Shown: positions 11,901 to 14,235 of the stretch, piece by piece
Position numbering within the stretch: position 1 is the first letter of the stretch
How the letters are laid out: the number at the start of each line of letters is the position of its first letter
From: Myxococcota bacterium
GTDB lineage: Bacteria; Myxococcota_A; UBA9160; PR03
NCBI GenBank assembly: GCA_041611735.1
Contig: JBFIML010000067.1
Location: 1-14,235 of the forward strand
Length of the DNA: 14,235 nt
Direction: 5' to 3'
The notes under the pieces: model-generated
Told to the model about the DNA's origin: nothing
Database searches by the model: none
The model's input: the letters and a program-made list of their open reading frames with translations, nothing else
Made by a program: the position numbers and the translations under genes

Positions 11901-12061
11901 TCGGCGGGCTGGCGGCCTCGACCTTCCTGACCTTGCTGGTGGTGCCCGTGGTCTACACGCTCTTCGACGACGCCCAGTCGGGCCTCGCCCGGGCCCTGGC
12001 CGGGGTGGGCCGCGGGCGGGTCCGGGACGAGAAGCGGACCGCCTCGCGACCGGCGGCGTAG
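8945..12061 (+). CDS. RND efflux permease, AcrB/AcrD/AcrF (HAE1-like) family
   Basis: 1038 aa; GTGA overlap with the adaptor stop; N-terminal SIRRPVFA, TM4 IGMLIDDAIVVLEN, TM10 MKNGILLVDY and TM11 RMRPVLMT, so the proton-relay residues are present. Confidence 0.97.
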   Translation: MKLADVSIRRPVFAVMLIGALVVLGLISIPRLGVDLFPRVEFPLVSVTSVLEGAAPETVEREVTQVLEESINTIEGIRSLRSASSDSLSLIWIEFELEYDIQEKAQEVRDKVAAVRGDLPRDVEPPAVNRLDPDAAPILAVMLAGPHAIRTLSEFADKRVKPRLERVSGVGSVTLVGDRPREIRVWIDPVRLSGYELAVDEVLAALAREHVELPGGRIETPRHEYTIKTKGKLTSADRFGDIVLAERAGRVIHLREVATVEDGMGEERTISRLNGRRGVALLVRRQSGENTVAVADAVRAELGRIRADLPPGYEMAEALDTSRFIRSAVRDVAVDLAWGALLASLVVLLFLRNWRTTLIAAIAIPSSLLGSFVFFYFFGFTLNTLTLMALSLSIGMLIDDAIVVLENSYRHMEQGAPPKRAASEGTAEIGLAVVATTLSICAVFVPIAFMGGVVGRFFREFGLVAACAVLISLLVALSLTPMLCSRFLRVEREPGRVFRLLEGGYARLEAHYRRTLAWGLRHRLAVLGLALVAVTSGIGVARTLPIEFLGVEDRSEFNVWLKLPLGSTVDQTVAVSAAVEEELRRRPEVRLVFSTVGGGLTQRVNEAKLYVQLLHKSERRLGQVAFMQDLRRRVHELGLPLEDFAAEEVPWIDFPGSRSAQIMYAIRGPEIDRLQFHTQSLMARMRAQGGYADLYSSYETGKPEISLDIARGRAADLGVPALQIGRTIGALLAGYKATSFEEKGERYDVRVQVRPEYRDDPSKLDLVRVRAPGGALIPLRNLVVPRIGSGPVQIDRENRTRAITLYGNLEGKTAGTADLEVTRFGRELGIAGEYELEPVGPSKRLRETTAAVGFAFGLALVAIYMILASQFNSFVHPFTIMLSAPLSFIGAFAAVALVGAALDLMAQISFLMLMGIVMKNGILLVDYTNTLRARGRSLREAVLEAGPTRMRPVLMTAVSTIFGMLPVALSRGDGSEWRNTMGIIAIGGLAASTFLTLLVVPVVYTLFDDAQSGLARALAGVGRGRVRDEKRTASRPAA

Positions 12062-12070
12062 GCCCGGCGG

Positions 12071-12739
12071 CTAGCGCGCCACCAGCAGGCGCAGGCGGCT
12101 GCCCACCCGCTCGGCGTAGTCCGCCAGGTCGCCGACCCAGCCGAGCCACTGGTACCAGAAGACGGTCCCCACCCCGAGCTGGTCCTCGAGGCCGAAGAGC
12201 TGGCGCGCCACCCGCTCCGCGCGCTCGTCCGTATCGCTCTCGATGCGGGCCAGCTCGTCGATCATGCTCTCCACCCGCGTCACCTCGCGGCCCCGGAAGC
12301 CCGTCTCCAGCAGCTCGTCCAGCTCCGCGATGATGCGGCCGGCCTGCTCGCAGGCCTCCAGCACCCGGCCCACCAGGTCCTGGAGCGGCGCGCGCAGGGG
12401 CTCGGGCACGGTCATGCCGCGCTGGTCCGCCAGGCCGGCGATGTCCTGGGCCACGTCGGCGATGGAGTCCTGGAAGTCCAGGATCTCCAGCAGGTCGCGG
12501 CGCTCGAAGGCCATGAAGATCCGCCGCGGCAGGTGGCTGCGGATCTCGTTCTTGATGCGATCCGCCTCGTGCTCCAGGCGGTCGATCTCGCGGCGCGTCG
12601 TGGCCACGGTCGCCAGGTCGCCGGCCGCCATGGCACGCACCAGGGGACCCACCTCCCGGGCGCAGGCCACGGCGGCCTGCATGTGCTCCTGCATGGGCCG
12701 GATGGGCGAGCGGGCGAAGAGGTCTCCGATCAACGACAT
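12071..12739 (-). CDS. DUF47 / TIGR00153 family PhoU-like phosphate transport regulator
   Basis: 222 aa, helical; LFARSPIRPMQEH, LEHEADRIKNEIR.HLP, RRDLLE...QDSIAD, IESDTD and GDLADYAERVG; directly downstream of a PiT transporter. Confidence 0.9.
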   Translation of the reverse strand: MSLIGDLFARSPIRPMQEHMQAAVACAREVGPLVRAMAAGDLATVATTRREIDRLEHEADRIKNEIRSHLPRRIFMAFERRDLLEILDFQDSIADVAQDIAGLADQRGMTVPEPLRAPLQDLVGRVLEACEQAGRIIAELDELLETGFRGREVTRVESMIDELARIESDTDERAERVARQLFGLEDQLGVGTVFWYQWLGWVGDLADYAERVGSRLRLLVAR

Positions 12740-12749
12740 GGCGGGCCTC

Positions 12750-14018
12750 CTAGGGCGCGAACACTCCCTTGAAGAAGTAGAAGAAGAACGCGGCGAGCAG
12801 CGCGCCGGTGGGCAGCGTGGCGATCCAGGACAGCACGATCCGGCCCACCACGCGGAGATCGAGGGCGCCGATCCCGCGCGCCAGGCCCACGCCCAGCACC
12901 GAGCCCACCAGGGTGTGGGTGGTGGAGACCGGGATGCCCGCCCGGGAGGCGACCACGATGGTGATGGCGGCGGCCAGCTCCGCCGAGAGGCCGCGCGTGG
13001 GCGTGAGCTCCGTGATGCGCCGCCCCACGGTCTCCATGACCCGGTAGCCGTAGGTGGCCAGGCCGATCACGATCCCCAGGCCCCCGATGGCGAGCATCCA
13101 GAGCGGCACCGCCGCCCGGGTCTCCAGGGCCGCGTCGCGGGTGGCGGCGAAGACCGCGGCCAGGGGGCCGATGGCGTTGGCCACGTCGTTGGAGCCGTGG
13201 GCGAAGGCCACGGCCGCCGCGGTCATCACCTGGAGCACCCCGAAGATGCGCTCCACGCTGGCGAACTGGAAGTCCGCCGTCTCGACGCCCCCGGCCGGCC
13301 GCACGCGCAGCAGGAGGACGCGACCCACGACCGCACCCAGCAGAGCGAGCAGCGCCGAGAGGGCCATGGCCTCGGGCAGCGAGAAGTCGAGCTTCAGGTT
13401 CTTCAAGCCCTTGAAGAGCGTGACGAGGCCCAGGACGAAGACCACCACGAACACGAAGGCCGGACCGAGCCGCTGGGCCTGCCGGAAGGGCTGCTCGTGG
13501 TCCAGGATGTGGCGCTGGATCACGCCGAAGATCAGGTAGGCGATGGTGCCGCCCAGGAGCGGCGAAACCACCCAGGAGGCCACGATCTGGCCGATCTTGC
13601 TCCAGACCACGGCCTCCATGCCGAGCCCCGCCACCGCGAAGCCCACGATGGCGCCCACGATGGAGTGGGTGGTGGAGACCGGCCAGCCCGCGCGGCTCGC
13701 GATCAGCAGCCACACGCCGGCCGCCGCCAGGGAGGCCAGCATGCCGTAGACCAGCAGCTCCGGGCGCTCCGCCGTGGCGGAGACGTCCACGATGCCGGTG
13801 CGGATCGTCTCGGTCACGTGGCCGCCCACCAGGAAGGCCCCGGTGAACTCGAGCACCGCCGCCAGCAAGATGGCGCGCCGCACCGTGAGCGCCCGGGACC
13901 CGACGCTCGTCCCCATGGCGTTGGCCACGTCGTTGGCGCCGATCCCCCACGCCATGAACAGGGCGAGGCCACCGGCGACCCAGAGCGTGGTGGGGAGGTC
14001 CGGGAGGAAGGGCGGCAG
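12750..14018 (-). CDS. Inorganic phosphate transporter, PiT (PHO4) family; probable CTG start (422 aa)
   Basis: Both signature repeats present (GIGANDVANAMGTSVGS and AFAHGSNDVANAIGP), plus PVSTTH twice. The track starts at ATG 13955, but the frame is open and hydrophobic up to an in-frame TGA at 14033-14031, and a CTG at 14018 sits 6 nt after GGAGG. Confidence 0.95.
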   Translation of the reverse strand: MPPFLPDLPTTLWVAGGLALFMAWGIGANDVANAMGTSVGSRALTVRRAILLAAVLEFTGAFLVGGHVTETIRTGIVDVSATAERPELLVYGMLASLAAAGVWLLIASRAGWPVSTTHSIVGAIVGFAVAGLGMEAVVWSKIGQIVASWVVSPLLGGTIAYLIFGVIQRHILDHEQPFRQAQRLGPAFVFVVVFVLGLVTLFKGLKNLKLDFSLPEAMALSALLALLGAVVGRVLLLRVRPAGGVETADFQFASVERIFGVLQVMTAAAVAFAHGSNDVANAIGPLAAVFAATRDAALETRAAVPLWMLAIGGLGIVIGLATYGYRVMETVGRRITELTPTRGLSAELAAAITIVVASRAGIPVSTTHTLVGSVLGVGLARGIGALDLRVVGRIVLSWIATLPTGALLAAFFFYFFKGVFAP

Positions 14019-14127
14019 GGCGGGCCTCCATCAGCGCGCGTGGCACGCGCAAGGCCCCATAGCATGCGCCCCGCCCAGGCCGCAAGAAACCGACCTCTAG
14101 CCAGCAAAGCGATCCGTCTGGATCAGA

Positions 14128-14235
14128 TCAGTAGAAGAAGTACCTCAGCCCTCCACCAAAGCCGTGGCCCCGATACTCCGACTCGAACTCCTGATCGGTT
14201 CCCTCGATCTTGAAGTCCGGGTCCACGGTACCGAA
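14128..14235 (-). CDS. C-terminus of a probable outer-membrane beta-barrel protein (partial, runs off the right edge)
   Basis: Hand translation FGTVDPDFKIEGTDQEFESEYRGHGFGGGLRYFFY*. The terminal amphipathic strand ending GLRYFFY resembles a BamA beta-signal. Only 35 codons are visible. Confidence 0.6.
   Translation of the reverse strand, partial: FGTVDPDFKIEGTDQEFESEYRGHGFGGGLRYFFY

Noticed and set aside
8615..12333. 985-aa minus-strand and 1152-aa plus-strand ORFs over the RND permease
   Set aside because: Antisense or alternate-frame shadows with biased composition (the 1152-aa frame is Arg/Gly/Pro-rich); no domain signatures.
14056..14085. TTGCGG-N18-TATGGG as the pit promoter
   Set aside because: The -10 lacks the conserved final T; plausible but not supportable.
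14111..14124. Hairpin GATCC-N4-GGATC after the beta-barrel stop as a terminator
   Set aside because: Only a 5-bp stem followed by GCTTT, too weak to call.
12243..14213. 656-aa plus-strand ORF and 451-aa minus-strand ORF (12730..14085) over pit and DUF47
   Set aside because: Shadow frames; the PiT frame has both family signature repeats.

Overview
High-GC window from a diderm bacterium; the gene content (solo groEL, ParB-like family, frequent TAG stops) suggests Myxococcota or a delta-proteobacteria-like lineage, which is an inference. It is mostly core genome and densely packed. In order: ftsH (5' part, minus), short tilS (minus), an orphan ParB/Srx-domain gene (plus), a double hot-dog MaoC-like gene (minus) divergent from an acyl-CoA synthetase (plus), a stand-alone groEL with no groES (minus), a CBS-pair protein with an RND adaptor and RND permease (plus), DUF47 and a PiT phosphate transporter (minus), and the 3' end of a probable outer-membrane beta-barrel gene (minus). 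I saw no mobile element, CRISPR array, tRNA or rRNA. The best signals are small-scale: a probable CTG start for the PiT gene behind an 11-nt initiation sequence identical to that of the next gene, a probable leaderless tilS sharing a palindromic bidirectional -10 region with the ParB-like gene, a MaoC domain lacking its catalytic Asp beside an operator-like inverted repeat, and a CBS protein heading an RND operon. I cannot support a claim of a wholly new system from sequence alone.
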